A stretch of DNA of 64,000 nucleotides from Saccharolobus islandicus REY15A (GCF_000189555.1 NC_017276.1); one strand, 5' to 3'; positions 9,800-19,702 are shown, counted from the first letter of the stretch. Notes: generated by a model not told the origin, from the sequence alone. Translations and numbers: made by a program.

Positions 9800-10864
9800 G
9801 TGCCAAGATCTTCCGATGTTAGACTAACGCCGATTAGCGAAAGTCTTAGGGAAAGAGCAGAGGTCATTATGAGGATGTATGGAATAGAGGATGAGAAAGA
9901 TTTCTACTCTAACGCGCTTATGAGTGTCATGAATATGATGGAAAAGGATGAGTCTTTATTGGGAGTAGACCTCTGCTTTCTCGTCCCTTATATTCTGATT
10001 CACGAGAACTTCTCGTTTGTTCATTCTTCCTATATAGAGGATAAAGTTGATTTGCATTCCGATGACGAGATTACAAAATATCTAATTAAAAAATATTTTA
10101 ATTTCATAAATCCAATATATCTAAAACATCTTCTTGAGTATTTAATTCCATCCACATATACCCCGCTAGTAATTAGGAATGGGAATAATTTAGTCTATAA
10201 AATCAGTTTAAATAATATAAATAAAAAGTTACGAGAATACGTAGAGAATTTTCTACAGAATATTGTTGCAGTATTAGACATAGGAAAGATAAATAGCTCA
10301 AAAGACAATCTAGAAATAATTTCACCATATCGGACTCTTATAGATTTTGCAAACCAAAATCATCATCTAGTGAGGGTTGAAAGCAGTGTGATCAGTAAGA
10401 GAAATCAAATAATAGCTAAATTCAATCTCAAAAATGATATTAAATCCGATAAATTCGTAAACGATTGGTCCCTATATCAAATACTCACAATATATGATAC
10501 TTTGTTCAAAAATAATTTACTCTTATATAACATATTGGATAGACTAAATGATATTTACACCTTGTTCTTAGAGCTGAGAAAGACAGGCCATATTTTATAT
10601 CCTAATATAAAAGGAATCGAATATATTAATTATAGATTATTAGAGAAGGAAATAATCAACAAAAACCTTGACATTTTTGCCCTTCTTATGAGTCCTAAAA
10701 TTAGAGTAATAAAGATAAATAGCCAAGAGCTAATTATTGCCGGCTTAGATGATTTTGATCAGAACCTCTCTAATTTTATAAGATATACTTTAAATGAAAT
10801 AGAAATAGAAAAAGGTACTCATGGATACTTTAAAATAAGAACGAATGAGAGAATATTTTCATAA
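9800..10864 (+). CDS. Hypothetical protein, possible N-terminal ribbon-helix-helix domain
   Basis: 354-aa ORF with TTATAAA about 25 nt upstream; RHH-like start is inference. Confidence 0.6.
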   Translation: MPRSSDVRLTPISESLRERAEVIMRMYGIEDEKDFYSNALMSVMNMMEKDESLLGVDLCFLVPYILIHENFSFVHSSYIEDKVDLHSDDEITKYLIKKYFNFINPIYLKHLLEYLIPSTYTPLVIRNGNNLVYKISLNNINKKLREYVENFLQNIVAVLDIGKINSSKDNLEIISPYRTLIDFANQNHHLVRVESSVISKRNQIIAKFNLKNDIKSDKFVNDWSLYQILTIYDTLFKNNLLLYNILDRLNDIYTLFLELRKTGHILYPNIKGIEYINYRLLEKEIINKNLDIFALLMSPKIRVIKINSQELIIAGLDDFDQNLSNFIRYTLNEIEIEKGTHGYFKIRTNERIFS

Positions 10865-10909
10865 CTAATATGCAAAACCCATAATTACTTTATCCCACCA
10901 ATTAAACAT

Positions 10910-11491
10910 ATGGTGTTACAATCTCGACCTTGGAGGATTAGAAGCGATATTTGGGAGAAATTGGATGAGATTTGCATAAAACTAGATAATAAGAAATCAT
11001 ATAATTGTACAGATAAGATAATACAGAGCGCGTCTGAACTTATAATGGAAGATATCGATATAACTGATATTAGTATCAGAAATTCAATACTTGGAATTAA
11101 ATATCTCATTTCATCTAATGTGTTCTATAATCTTATCTCAAATATACAAGACGAAAAAATATACAAAGAAATAGCGAATTCGTTGTTGTCAACAATAACT
11201 AATAAAGTGCAAGAGACATTTTTACTGTATTTAGAGAATTTTGAAAATAATTGCAAAGAGAGGTCTATTTTAGAGAACGTTATAAGAGGACTAACGTATA
11301 TTCTAGGAGAGAACATAAAATTAGTTGCAGATGGAAAAACAAGATTTGAGATAATTAATGCATCAACTAACCCAAATATAATCAACTTCCTTCGCATAAT
11401 AACGGAAATTCTCGATGAGAACTTTCAAATAATTGAATTGGATCATAGTTGTAAAAATGATAGGATTTGCATAAAGCTAGATTTCTGTTAA
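10910..11491 (+). CDS. Hypothetical protein, possible RHH plus V4R-like domain
   Basis: 193-aa ORF co-oriented with the previous gene; RPWRIRSDIWEKLDE N-terminus. Confidence 0.55.
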   Translation: MVLQSRPWRIRSDIWEKLDEICIKLDNKKSYNCTDKIIQSASELIMEDIDITDISIRNSILGIKYLISSNVFYNLISNIQDEKIYKEIANSLLSTITNKVQETFLLYLENFENNCKERSILENVIRGLTYILGENIKLVADGKTRFEIINASTNPNIINFLRIITEILDENFQIIELDHSCKNDRICIKLDFC

Positions 11492-12750
11492 TCACCCATC
11501 AATTCCTTCACTTTGCTTAACACACTATCTTCACATTGTTCAGAGTAATATATGTAAATCTTATCTCTATCTATCTTTATAATAGTCGCGTTAGGATCTA
11601 GACCAATACCATTTAGCTCGACGTTATCACATTCACCCTTGTATCCACTTAATATATTACCAATACTTTCCTCTTTTCGTATAATCTCAGCTAGAGGCTG
11701 TTTTACTAAGTTAAATATCTGTCCTAAGCTATACTCAGCTTCTTTTAATTCTAAATGCTTTATAAGATAGTTCAACTCTATTATTACTTCGTCTATAATC
11801 TGATTGGAAATTCTTCTACATGTTGGAGAAGTTAAATTTAGAATATTTCTCAAATTATCAATGCTAAAAGGCTTTTCAACTTTATACTTCTTTACTAAAT
11901 GCATAGCAAGGACATAGTAAGTTGCGCCTTCTAATAATTCAACATTCTCTATTAATTTACTATCTCTTATTTCCAAGTTATTCATAACTATGTCTATAAT
12001 TTTCTCTTCGCTTAATAGCTTCTCTAGGTCTATTCTATTCAGAATATGAAGCATTACTAGAGGATAACAATTTTCTATACAAAAACCAAGTCTCCTAAAT
12101 TCAGCCCTTCCTACAGGCTGAGGTAAATTAGTTTGCTTTTCGGACTTCATTATCTTCATTTCTCTTAAGAAGTATTCAGATAGTTTAATACTATATATAT
12201 CCTTAAGCACATGACTAATTAATTGTATAGAATAGCCCTTTTTAGCTACTTTCGCATAGATATAGTCTTGAACTTGTTGTGTGAGAAGTGAATCAATTAT
12301 CGCTATTTCTAACGCCGCTAAAACTACTGTAGAAAAGGAAGAAGTAGAATGTGATACATCTAAAAGTATTAAACTAGGTAAGAAATTCTTTAGAACATCA
12401 TGTATTTTCAGATAAGAGAAGAATAGAGAAGTGCCAAAACTTACTGAGTCCTCAAAAGGTATTACTTCAACTGTGATATCGTCACCGAGTTTTAAGGTTT
12501 CTAAAATATTACTATCTAATTCATTATAATTATTGAATTTAATATCAAATCTTGTTTTTATCTCAGTTGGAACAAGAGTTAAAATTTTAACTTCATGTCT
12601 TTCTTCTTCTAGAAACTTCTTTTCAGCTAAAAAAGTATACTTAGAGCTAATTCCCACTGGTGAATTTGTCCAATTTGTAACTTCTATAGGTTTAATTTCA
12701 CTTTCTTCTTCCGATACCTCAGTTAATGGGGCAATTATTAGTATTTTCAC
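11488..12750 (-). CDS. Orphan Csx1/TM1812-like CARF protein with degenerate HEPN motif
   Basis: ITVEVIP, LLDVSHS (cf. DLTHG), NCYPLV (cf. NGFPLV), GLDPNATIIKI..IYIYY (cf. HSGFEYN..V....LYFFY). Confidence 0.65.
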   Translation of the reverse strand: MKILIIAPLTEVSEEESEIKPIEVTNWTNSPVGISSKYTFLAEKKFLEEERHEVKILTLVPTEIKTRFDIKFNNYNELDSNILETLKLGDDITVEVIPFEDSVSFGTSLFFSYLKIHDVLKNFLPSLILLDVSHSTSSFSTVVLAALEIAIIDSLLTQQVQDYIYAKVAKKGYSIQLISHVLKDIYSIKLSEYFLREMKIMKSEKQTNLPQPVGRAEFRRLGFCIENCYPLVMLHILNRIDLEKLLSEEKIIDIVMNNLEIRDSKLIENVELLEGATYYVLAMHLVKKYKVEKPFSIDNLRNILNLTSPTCRRISNQIIDEVIIELNYLIKHLELKEAEYSLGQIFNLVKQPLAEIIRKEESIGNILSGYKGECDNVELNGIGLDPNATIIKIDRDKIYIYYSEQCEDSVLSKVKELMGD

Positions 12751-12953
12751 GTATATAGATAACTAACAGAATTATTAAATTCTTCCTAAAATAAACGTAC
12801 AAATAAGTAAGATAATGGAATTCGTAATCATATCTAACTTCTTTGCCTTATTCTAAGATTAATTGCATCATTTAATCTTCATGAGCTTGAGAAGAATTTA
12901 TTTCGAATAACTTAGAATAGGCACAAATACTCCCATTTTACCATATTATACTT

Positions 12954-14444
12954 GTGATTAAAAGATTACTGAAAGTATTCTTTAAATTGACACCTAGAGT
13001 ACTAGCATATAGGGAGTTCAGAAATAGAATCCTAAAGGAAATTCCAATCGATAAAAAGGAGATAGCGGAAGAAGCTAAGAAATTTGTTGACACTTTAATT
13101 GAACTAGGCCCCACATTTATCAAGTTTGGACAAATTCTTTCAGTTAGACCTGATATCATGCCGGAAGCGTATATAAAGGAACTGGCCAGATTACAAGACG
13201 AAGTCCCACCTGCTCCATTTAACCAAGTAAGTAAAATTATTGAAGAGGAACTTGGCAATAGTATAAAAATTTTAAAAGAAATATCTTCAGCCTCTTTAGG
13301 TCAAGTTTATCTAGGGGAGTATGATGGGAAAATAGTTGCAATTAAGGTAAATAGGCCTAGAATAAAGGAGATTGTGAATGAAGATATTCAAGTAGTGAAG
13401 AAATTATTACCACTTCTTAGATTTGTATTTGATGAATCATTTACGGAAATAATAAAGGTGTTCTTAGAAGAATTTTCTAGAAGAATATTTGAAGAAATGG
13501 ACTATACTAAGGAAGCGTTATATTTAAATAAGATCAAGGAGGAGTTGTCAGATTATCCATCCTTAAGAATACCTTCAATAATAAAGGCTACTAAAAGAGT
13601 GTTAGTAATGGAGTATATTAAAGGGTATAAAGTTACAAGCGAAGAAGCAAAAAAGATAGTTGATAACAGAATATTAGCATATAGAGTATTTAGATTGTTC
13701 ATGTATATGTTACTAAATAAGGACTATTTTCATGCAGATCCTCACCCTGGTAATATAGCCGTAGACGAGCAAGGGAATTTAGTACTCTATGACTTTGGAA
13801 TGTCTGGGAAAATAGATGAAAAGACTAGAAACTTATTGATTAGGGCATATGTTGCAATGATTAGAATGGATGCCGATTCACTAGTAAGGGTGCTAGACGA
13901 GTTAGGGGCAATACAACCTTTCGCGGATAGGAGGGTATTAGCGAAGGGACTGAAGCTCTTCATGCAAGCAATGCAAGGAATAGAAGTTAGTGAACTAGAA
14001 CTGGAAGATTTTATGAAACTAGCCGATCAAGTATTCTTTAAGTTTCCGCTTAGAATGCCTTCTAAACTTGTTCTGCCTTTTAGAATGATTAACGTTTTAG
14101 ATGGAACATGTAGAGAAATAGACAAGGATTTTGACTTTGTTAAATCTTCGATAACTTTTTTAGAAGAAGAAGGGTATACAACAAAAGTTGTTATAGAACA
14201 AGTAAGAGAAATAGTAGATGGAATTTGGAATAGATTTAGGAGCTTTCTACTATCATATTCACAACAGCAAGAGTTAATAAACATACAAAGCGGTAGGAAA
14301 GGTAGCATAATAACTAATTATATTCCTCAAATGATATTAGTTATAACCATAATATTTTATGCTATAACAAAAGATATCATAATTACCCTCCTTATGGTCA
14401 TTCTAGCATTATCAATACCGCTTAGCGGAAGAAAAAATACATAA
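12954..14444 (+). CDS. ABC1/UbiB atypical kinase family protein
   Basis: LGPTFIKFGQILSVRPD, ASLGQVY, FHADPHPGNI, DFGM; C-terminal TMs. Confidence 0.92.
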   Translation: MIKRLLKVFFKLTPRVLAYREFRNRILKEIPIDKKEIAEEAKKFVDTLIELGPTFIKFGQILSVRPDIMPEAYIKELARLQDEVPPAPFNQVSKIIEEELGNSIKILKEISSASLGQVYLGEYDGKIVAIKVNRPRIKEIVNEDIQVVKKLLPLLRFVFDESFTEIIKVFLEEFSRRIFEEMDYTKEALYLNKIKEELSDYPSLRIPSIIKATKRVLVMEYIKGYKVTSEEAKKIVDNRILAYRVFRLFMYMLLNKDYFHADPHPGNIAVDEQGNLVLYDFGMSGKIDEKTRNLLIRAYVAMIRMDADSLVRVLDELGAIQPFADRRVLAKGLKLFMQAMQGIEVSELELEDFMKLADQVFFKFPLRMPSKLVLPFRMINVLDGTCREIDKDFDFVKSSITFLEEEGYTTKVVIEQVREIVDGIWNRFRSFLLSYSQQQELINIQSGRKGSIITNYIPQMILVITIIFYAITKDIIITLLMVILALSIPLSGRKNT

Positions 14445-14455
14445 CTTAAGGAAAA

Positions 14456-14830
14456 TTATTCTATTTTGATTGATACTGAACCATCTACGGGTATCCTTAT
14501 AGTCAATACTCCATTATCGTATTTCGCTGTAACTTGAGAATCTCTCTTAATCTTTACCGGTAAACGGATTACCTTATGTATCTTAAGAGGCCTCTGAGTA
14601 GTGTATTTAGTGCCGATATACTGTATTTCCCTTTCAGCGTTGATTATCAGCTCATTTTGTGCAGATAACCTTACACTTATCTTATCTTTATTAAAACCCG
14701 CTAAATCTGCTACTATTACTAACTCTCCCCCTTCTTCGTACATATCTATGGGTGGAAAAACTGATTCATAGAATTCTCTAGACAACTCATCTAACTTTTT
14801 ACCTATTTCTCTCATTATTACATTCATCAT
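14456..14830 (-). CDS. hsp20: Small heat-shock protein (Hsp20 family, about 14 kDa)
   Basis: PPIDMYE, ADLAGFNK, AKYDNGVLTIRIP; GGTGA SD 6 nt upstream. Confidence 0.93.
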   Translation of the reverse strand: MMNVIMREIGKKLDELSREFYESVFPPIDMYEEGGELVIVADLAGFNKDKISVRLSAQNELIINAEREIQYIGTKYTTQRPLKIHKVIRLPVKIKRDSQVTAKYDNGVLTIRIPVDGSVSIKIE

Positions 14831-14836
14831 AACTTA

Positions 14837-14905
14837 TCACCTTCTTATCCTCCATAGAGCTCTGAGCAATCTATATATTAGATACCATCTTAGAATTCTT
14901 CTCAT
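14837..14905 (-). CDS. Putative leaderless 22-aa Arg-rich small protein MRRILRWYLIYRLLRALWRIRR
   Basis: ATG sits 24-30 nt downstream of TTTATAT; its stop overlaps the hsp20 SD. Confidence 0.5.
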   Translation of the reverse strand: MRRILRWYLIYRLLRALWRIRR

Positions 14906-14928
14906 AAATATATCTTAGTGGGATTGCG

Positions 14929-14935
14929 ATATAAA
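14929..14935 (-). promoter_or_regulatory. TATA box of the small-ORF/hsp20 transcript
   Basis: TTTATAT at -30 to -24 from ATG 14905. Confidence 0.55.
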
Positions 14936-15069
14936 TTTACTTACATTTAGGCAAATCTGTCAAACTAAGTCATAATATTGTCATTGTATGATTTATATTT
15001 CTATAAGTTTTCGACATATAGTAATACCTTATTTAATATGCTTACTCTTTGTAAGGAAATATTCATTTA

Positions 15070-16384
15070 GTGAACTACCACGCCCTAACGGACGTGGCTT
15101 CCTGCTTCACAGCCGAGGCTTGCCAAAGGTAGAGGTCTCAGCTCCACAGGCACTAAGGGTCGTTCCGACCCCGATCTACTCAGAATATTAAGAGAAGCAT
15201 TATAATCACGATCTACAGTCCAACCGCAGGAAGGACAGACAAACACACGATCAGCCAAAGCCAAGTCCTTCTTAACGTAACCACACCTAGCACAAATCAT
15301 TGAAGTAAAAGCAGGATTAACAAAACGAATCTCCTTACCATACTTCCCAACTTGATACTCCATGATACTCCTAAGCTCATGAAAAGCAACATCGTGTAAC
15401 CTCATCCTCAGCCTTCTGAGAGACTTACCAACAATTTGCTTAACATGAATATCCTCCATTACGAGAACATCATAATGCTCAGCAAAATACTTCCCCAGTT
15501 TCATGTACATATCCATCCTCAGGTTCTTCAAGTGCTCATAAGCCCTTGCAAGCTTAATCTTCGCCTTAAACCAGTTGTGTGACAAGAACTTCTTCCTTGA
15601 AAGAGCTTTATGAAGCCTCTTCATCTTGTTGAGTGCCTTCTCGTAAGGCCTCATGTTTGGCACGTATTCCCCATCAGAGGTAGTGAGAAGTTTCTCTACA
15701 CCAACGTCCACAGCAACAACTTTGTTTGTCTTGGGGAGTTGAGGATACTCTTGATCCACAACGAAAGTGATGTACAATCTGCCTGAAGGTGCCAGCTTGA
15801 CTACTACCCTCTCCACTTTTTCCAGTTGGAAATCCCTATGAACAACGACGTTGAAGATACCTAGGTTTGAAAGCTGAAGCGTCATTACCTTCTTCTTGTT
15901 CTTCTTGCTTTTCGTCCTTATTTCTCTCACCTTCATGACTTTCCAACCTGACTGAGGGTAGACTAGTGAGTACCACTTGTGTGCTTTCTTTTCCTTGGGG
16001 AAGTGTGCTAACCCTTCGAAGAACCTCTGTCTAGCGTCGTAGAATCTGTCTGCGATCTGTTGTAGTGTTTGGGAATATAGATGTTGATATTGTTTATCCT
16101 GTTTTCTTAGATCGAGAGCTAGTTGTCTCAACTCCGTCTTAGTGAGTCCTTTTCCGTCTCTCTCATGAAAATAGATGTCTGCCCAACGTAGGGTGTTGTA
16201 CACTTCACACGCTAACCTCAATTGGGCTTTTAACGCCCTCAATGTTTGTTCGTCAGCGTAAGCTCTAAAGCGTAACCCTACGTCAGACATTAATAGAATA
16301 TTTGAAAAAGAATTATTTAAATATAAGGGGGCTATCCATCCCCTCCCTCACGGAAGGGGTCTTTCGCCCCCTTTGAACCCCTTG
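15070..16384 (-). mobile_element. tnpB-only IS200/IS605 (IS1341-type, ISC1316-like) element, 1315 bp
   Basis: CTTAA before the left end, LE hairpin AAAGGGGGCGAAAG...GCCCCCTT, right end ...GTAGTTCAC; ends match the element at 25679. Confidence 0.88.
15085..16290 (-). CDS. tnpB: TnpB RNA-guided endonuclease
   Basis: RuvC residues VAVDVG, VMED, DRDYNA; Zn finger CARCG...CPSCG. Confidence 0.95.
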   Translation of the reverse strand: MSDVGLRFRAYADEQTLRALKAQLRLACEVYNTLRWADIYFHERDGKGLTKTELRQLALDLRKQDKQYQHLYSQTLQQIADRFYDARQRFFEGLAHFPKEKKAHKWYSLVYPQSGWKVMKVREIRTKSKKNKKKVMTLQLSNLGIFNVVVHRDFQLEKVERVVVKLAPSGRLYITFVVDQEYPQLPKTNKVVAVDVGVEKLLTTSDGEYVPNMRPYEKALNKMKRLHKALSRKKFLSHNWFKAKIKLARAYEHLKNLRMDMYMKLGKYFAEHYDVLVMEDIHVKQIVGKSLRRLRMRLHDVAFHELRSIMEYQVGKYGKEIRFVNPAFTSMICARCGYVKKDLALADRVFVCPSCGWTVDRDYNASLNILSRSGSERPLVPVELRPLPLASLGCEAGSHVR

Positions 16385-16422
16385 TTAAGATAAACATTTA
16401 TCCTAATGACGATACTTTGAAC

Positions 16423-16476
16423 TCAGTTAGCATGGCTCGGGTTCATCACAAATCAAGCCGAGCCCTTCTCAGCATC
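16423..16476 (-). ncRNA. Box C/D-like sRNA with mutually complementary guides
   Basis: C ATGCTGA, GAAGGGCTCGGC, D' TTGA, C' GTGATGA, ACCCGAGCCATGCTAA, D CTGA; about 53 nt. Confidence 0.6.
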
Positions 16477-16669
16477 AGAGCAAAACTAACGTGAGTATTA
16501 CGAATGCTGTAGCTATTGCAACTAATGTAGAACCAATAATATATAAATCATTTCTAACTCGCGGAAAGAGATTAAAGTAAGCCAAGCCGACATAGGTAAC
16601 TCCAAATATAGCCATGACTAACGCTATAATCAAGAAGGAAATCTTAACAAATATTAGTGGTAAAATCAT
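16475..16669 (-). CDS. Small membrane protein with two TM helices
   Basis: 64 aa, two hydrophobic segments. Confidence 0.65.
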   Translation of the reverse strand: MILPLIFVKISFLIIALVMAIFGVTYVGLAYFNLFPRVRNDLYIIGSTLVAIATAFVILTLVLL

Positions 16670-16818
16670 TTATCATCACATTCTTTATTCTCAAGCGGAA
16701 TATATATGTCTTATGATAATGAAGATAATTAACAAATATTATGATTCTGATATATAGTACTACTGAAGAAAGTTCTGTTGGAAAAACACTTAAAAAGTTT
16801 TATATAAAGACAAAAAAT

Positions 16819-19701
16819 ATGGAATGGAGAGTAATTATCATAACAATTCTTTTAATTATATCTCTTATCCCATTAACCTCAGTATATCATAGCAACGCCA
16901 AACCCTTGCCATTATCTCCGTTAAATTCTAATGACCAGGGAATAACTTTCTACGATGAGCAAATATTCATGGCATTAAATGCGTATCCAGTTAGTACAAA
17001 TTTAATAGCTTATGTAAAAGTAATTTCGCAAACCAACGATTCTGGTTACGGTCCGGCATATTTGCTAAACGCAATAACCAACAATGACTGGTGGTATCAA
17101 ATTGGTGTAGCCTATAATTGGCCTTATACAAATGGTTCATTTGACCCAGGATTCCATATGATCTACATGGTTTGGAATAGCAGTGGGAATCCGGTAATTG
17201 GACCAGTTTTGCTTAGTTTTAACGGAAATGTGAATAATGGAGATGAGATAATGTTGGAAATTGAAATATCGAATGGTAATATAGTACTTTCTGCCTATGA
17301 TAATAGCACTGGTGCTAAAGCCGTTGCGACTTTTAACGCCAATGGTGCATCGAGTATCGTTACAGATCTTAACTTTTTACATGGCTACATAACTGGATTA
17401 ATGACGGAATGGTATCACCTTAGAGCATATTTCGGAGGTGAACTCGGAGTGGTGTATAGATTACAATATTTAACAACAAGCTTCACTTTAGGTATTAATG
17501 AAATGTATTTAACCTCCCCTCCGCAAAGTATAGCGTCTAATGAGGTAGCATACTCAGTCTCAAATAACTATACCTTTTATGATTTATCCTATGTAGGAGC
17601 ATATGCTACGTCAAATGGATATTACTTTATAACTGGCGATTTATACCCGATATTCTTAAACTATAAGGTTGTTGGAGGCAGTTTTAATATACCAATAAAC
17701 GTTACGTATTTTTACGACAGTTTTAAGGAGACTGCGAGATTACCTTCCTTGATTTTTGTAGATTCTAATTCTAATATAAGTTTACCATCTATGGTTTTAA
17801 ATGGATTAAGTAGGATTGTTAGTTTAAATTCTACGCCGATTCTGGCAAATAGAAGTGGCAATCTAACAGTATACTATCAACTTCAGTATTTTATTAATAT
17901 AAACGTCCCAGTAAACGCTAGTATTAATGGAATTTATACAACTCTAAGTAGTGGGTGGTATAACGCATCCATAAAAGTTGCAATCAGCCCATTTACATAT
18001 TATCCTAACAGTTCGAGAATAATGGTATTTTCATATCCAACGAGTCAGTTTACACTAAATCATCCTATTAATCTCACCATAACTTATATATTTCAGTACT
18101 ACGTGCACGTTAACTCATTAATCCCACTCTTTGGTTCAATAAATGGTACTAATAGTACGATTTTCTCAGGATGGTATAATCAGAATACGATTATACAAAT
18201 TTATAACATAACATTCTATCAGAGTAATGAAACTAGAGCGATAATTACTAAGATTTTACCCGCAAATAAAATCCTCGTAAACATGTCTTATACAATAACT
18301 GTAGATGAGTTAGTGCAATATTATATTGTTGTGAAATCGCAAATACCCATTTATGCCCTCATTAATGGAAGTAACAATACATTAACTAGTAACTGGTATA
18401 ATAGAGGGACAACTATTAGTGTAGAAAACATAACATATTATGGGCCAAATAAGGAATATAGAGACATAATAATTGCTATTTTACCTTCCAAAAATATTAC
18501 GGTTGAAAATCCAGTCACAATATCAATCATAACTGTAAAGCAGTATCCTCTAACTGTTTATTCCAAGATTCCAGTTTACGCATTAGTCAATGGTACTAAC
18601 GAGACTTTACAAAAATACTCTTGGTTCAATGCTGGAAGTAGAATACAGATAGAGAATATCACATACTACATAAATAGTTCTGCAAGACTTCTCATGGAAA
18701 AAGTTTTACCCTATTCAAACTTTATATTGCTGCAACCAATCAATGTAACTATAATTACACTACCTCAGTATTTCTTAAATATTAGTAGTAACTATCCCGT
18801 TTACATATTCTTCAACGGTAAAAATGCTACTCTAAGTAACGGATGGTATAATAACGGTACTGAAATTGAACTATATTCGACCTGGTATATCAATCAAACT
18901 GAAAGACAACACTTAGTTAGCATTAGTCTAAATGGAAAGTCGACTTCCGTTAGTGTTATAATAATTAATGAGCCAATCTCATTAAAACTACAATACGTGC
19001 TACAATATTATATAGACTTAATTTCCAATATACCAATTAAAGCCTTAATCAATTCAACCTTAATTACTTTTAGTCCAGGGTGGTATAATACCGGAACGCT
19101 TATTTCTTTCATAAACATGTCATATTACGTTTCCAACAATACGAGATATGTAATATTATCTATAGTACCATTTAACTTTACAGTAAATAGAAGCATAACT
19201 GTAAAGGTAACCACGATAAAGGAATACTTAGTTACTGTAAATACACCCGTATTGATTACAATAGCAAATAGAACCGTAAATACAAGCGAAATATGGGTAC
19301 CAGCTGGACAAACTATATTAATACCTAAGTACGTCAATATTAGTAATAATGTAAGGATATTTTATAACACTACTTCATACCTAATAAACGTAATCCAACC
19401 AACTAATATTAATGTTAAGCCAGTAAAGGAATATTTTGTAACTATAAATGGGAGTTCAGAATGGCTCCCAGCTGGAAGTGTGATAACGTTAACCCACTCT
19501 ATACCGATATACGAACAAGGCAAATGGATAGGCACTTATAACGTTACTAATGGTATGACAATAACTGTAAATGAGCCAATAACTGAGACTTTGGTAAAGA
19601 CCTTAAATGGGACTTTTGTAGGAAGTATCGTAATAGTAATTGCAATTATCATTGGAGGAATACTGCTCTTAACTATAAGGAGATCCAGACCAAAGTTCTA
19701 A
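16819..19701 (+). CDS. Large membrane-anchored surface glycoprotein with about 8 tandem repeats of roughly 60-78 aa
   Basis: Signal peptide from ATG 16819 (TTTATATA upstream), many NxS/T sequons, QYY..P..ING..GWYN repeats, C-terminal TM. Confidence 0.8.
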   Translation: MEWRVIIITILLIISLIPLTSVYHSNAKPLPLSPLNSNDQGITFYDEQIFMALNAYPVSTNLIAYVKVISQTNDSGYGPAYLLNAITNNDWWYQIGVAYNWPYTNGSFDPGFHMIYMVWNSSGNPVIGPVLLSFNGNVNNGDEIMLEIEISNGNIVLSAYDNSTGAKAVATFNANGASSIVTDLNFLHGYITGLMTEWYHLRAYFGGELGVVYRLQYLTTSFTLGINEMYLTSPPQSIASNEVAYSVSNNYTFYDLSYVGAYATSNGYYFITGDLYPIFLNYKVVGGSFNIPINVTYFYDSFKETARLPSLIFVDSNSNISLPSMVLNGLSRIVSLNSTPILANRSGNLTVYYQLQYFININVPVNASINGIYTTLSSGWYNASIKVAISPFTYYPNSSRIMVFSYPTSQFTLNHPINLTITYIFQYYVHVNSLIPLFGSINGTNSTIFSGWYNQNTIIQIYNITFYQSNETRAIITKILPANKILVNMSYTITVDELVQYYIVVKSQIPIYALINGSNNTLTSNWYNRGTTISVENITYYGPNKEYRDIIIAILPSKNITVENPVTISIITVKQYPLTVYSKIPVYALVNGTNETLQKYSWFNAGSRIQIENITYYINSSARLLMEKVLPYSNFILLQPINVTIITLPQYFLNISSNYPVYIFFNGKNATLSNGWYNNGTEIELYSTWYINQTERQHLVSISLNGKSTSVSVIIINEPISLKLQYVLQYYIDLISNIPIKALINSTLITFSPGWYNTGTLISFINMSYYVSNNTRYVILSIVPFNFTVNRSITVKVTTIKEYLVTVNTPVLITIANRTVNTSEIWVPAGQTILIPKYVNISNNVRIFYNTTSYLINVIQPTNINVKPVKEYFVTINGSSEWLPAGSVITLTHSIPIYEQGKWIGTYNVTNGMTITVNEPITETLVKTLNGTFVGSIVIVIAIIIGGILLLTIRRSRPKF

Positions 19702-19702
19702 G

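Noticed and set aside
14988-15191. 67-aa plus-strand ORF crossing the IS right end
   Set aside because: Mostly the antisense of the tnpB/omegaRNA end; 27152..27400 is the equivalent artefact
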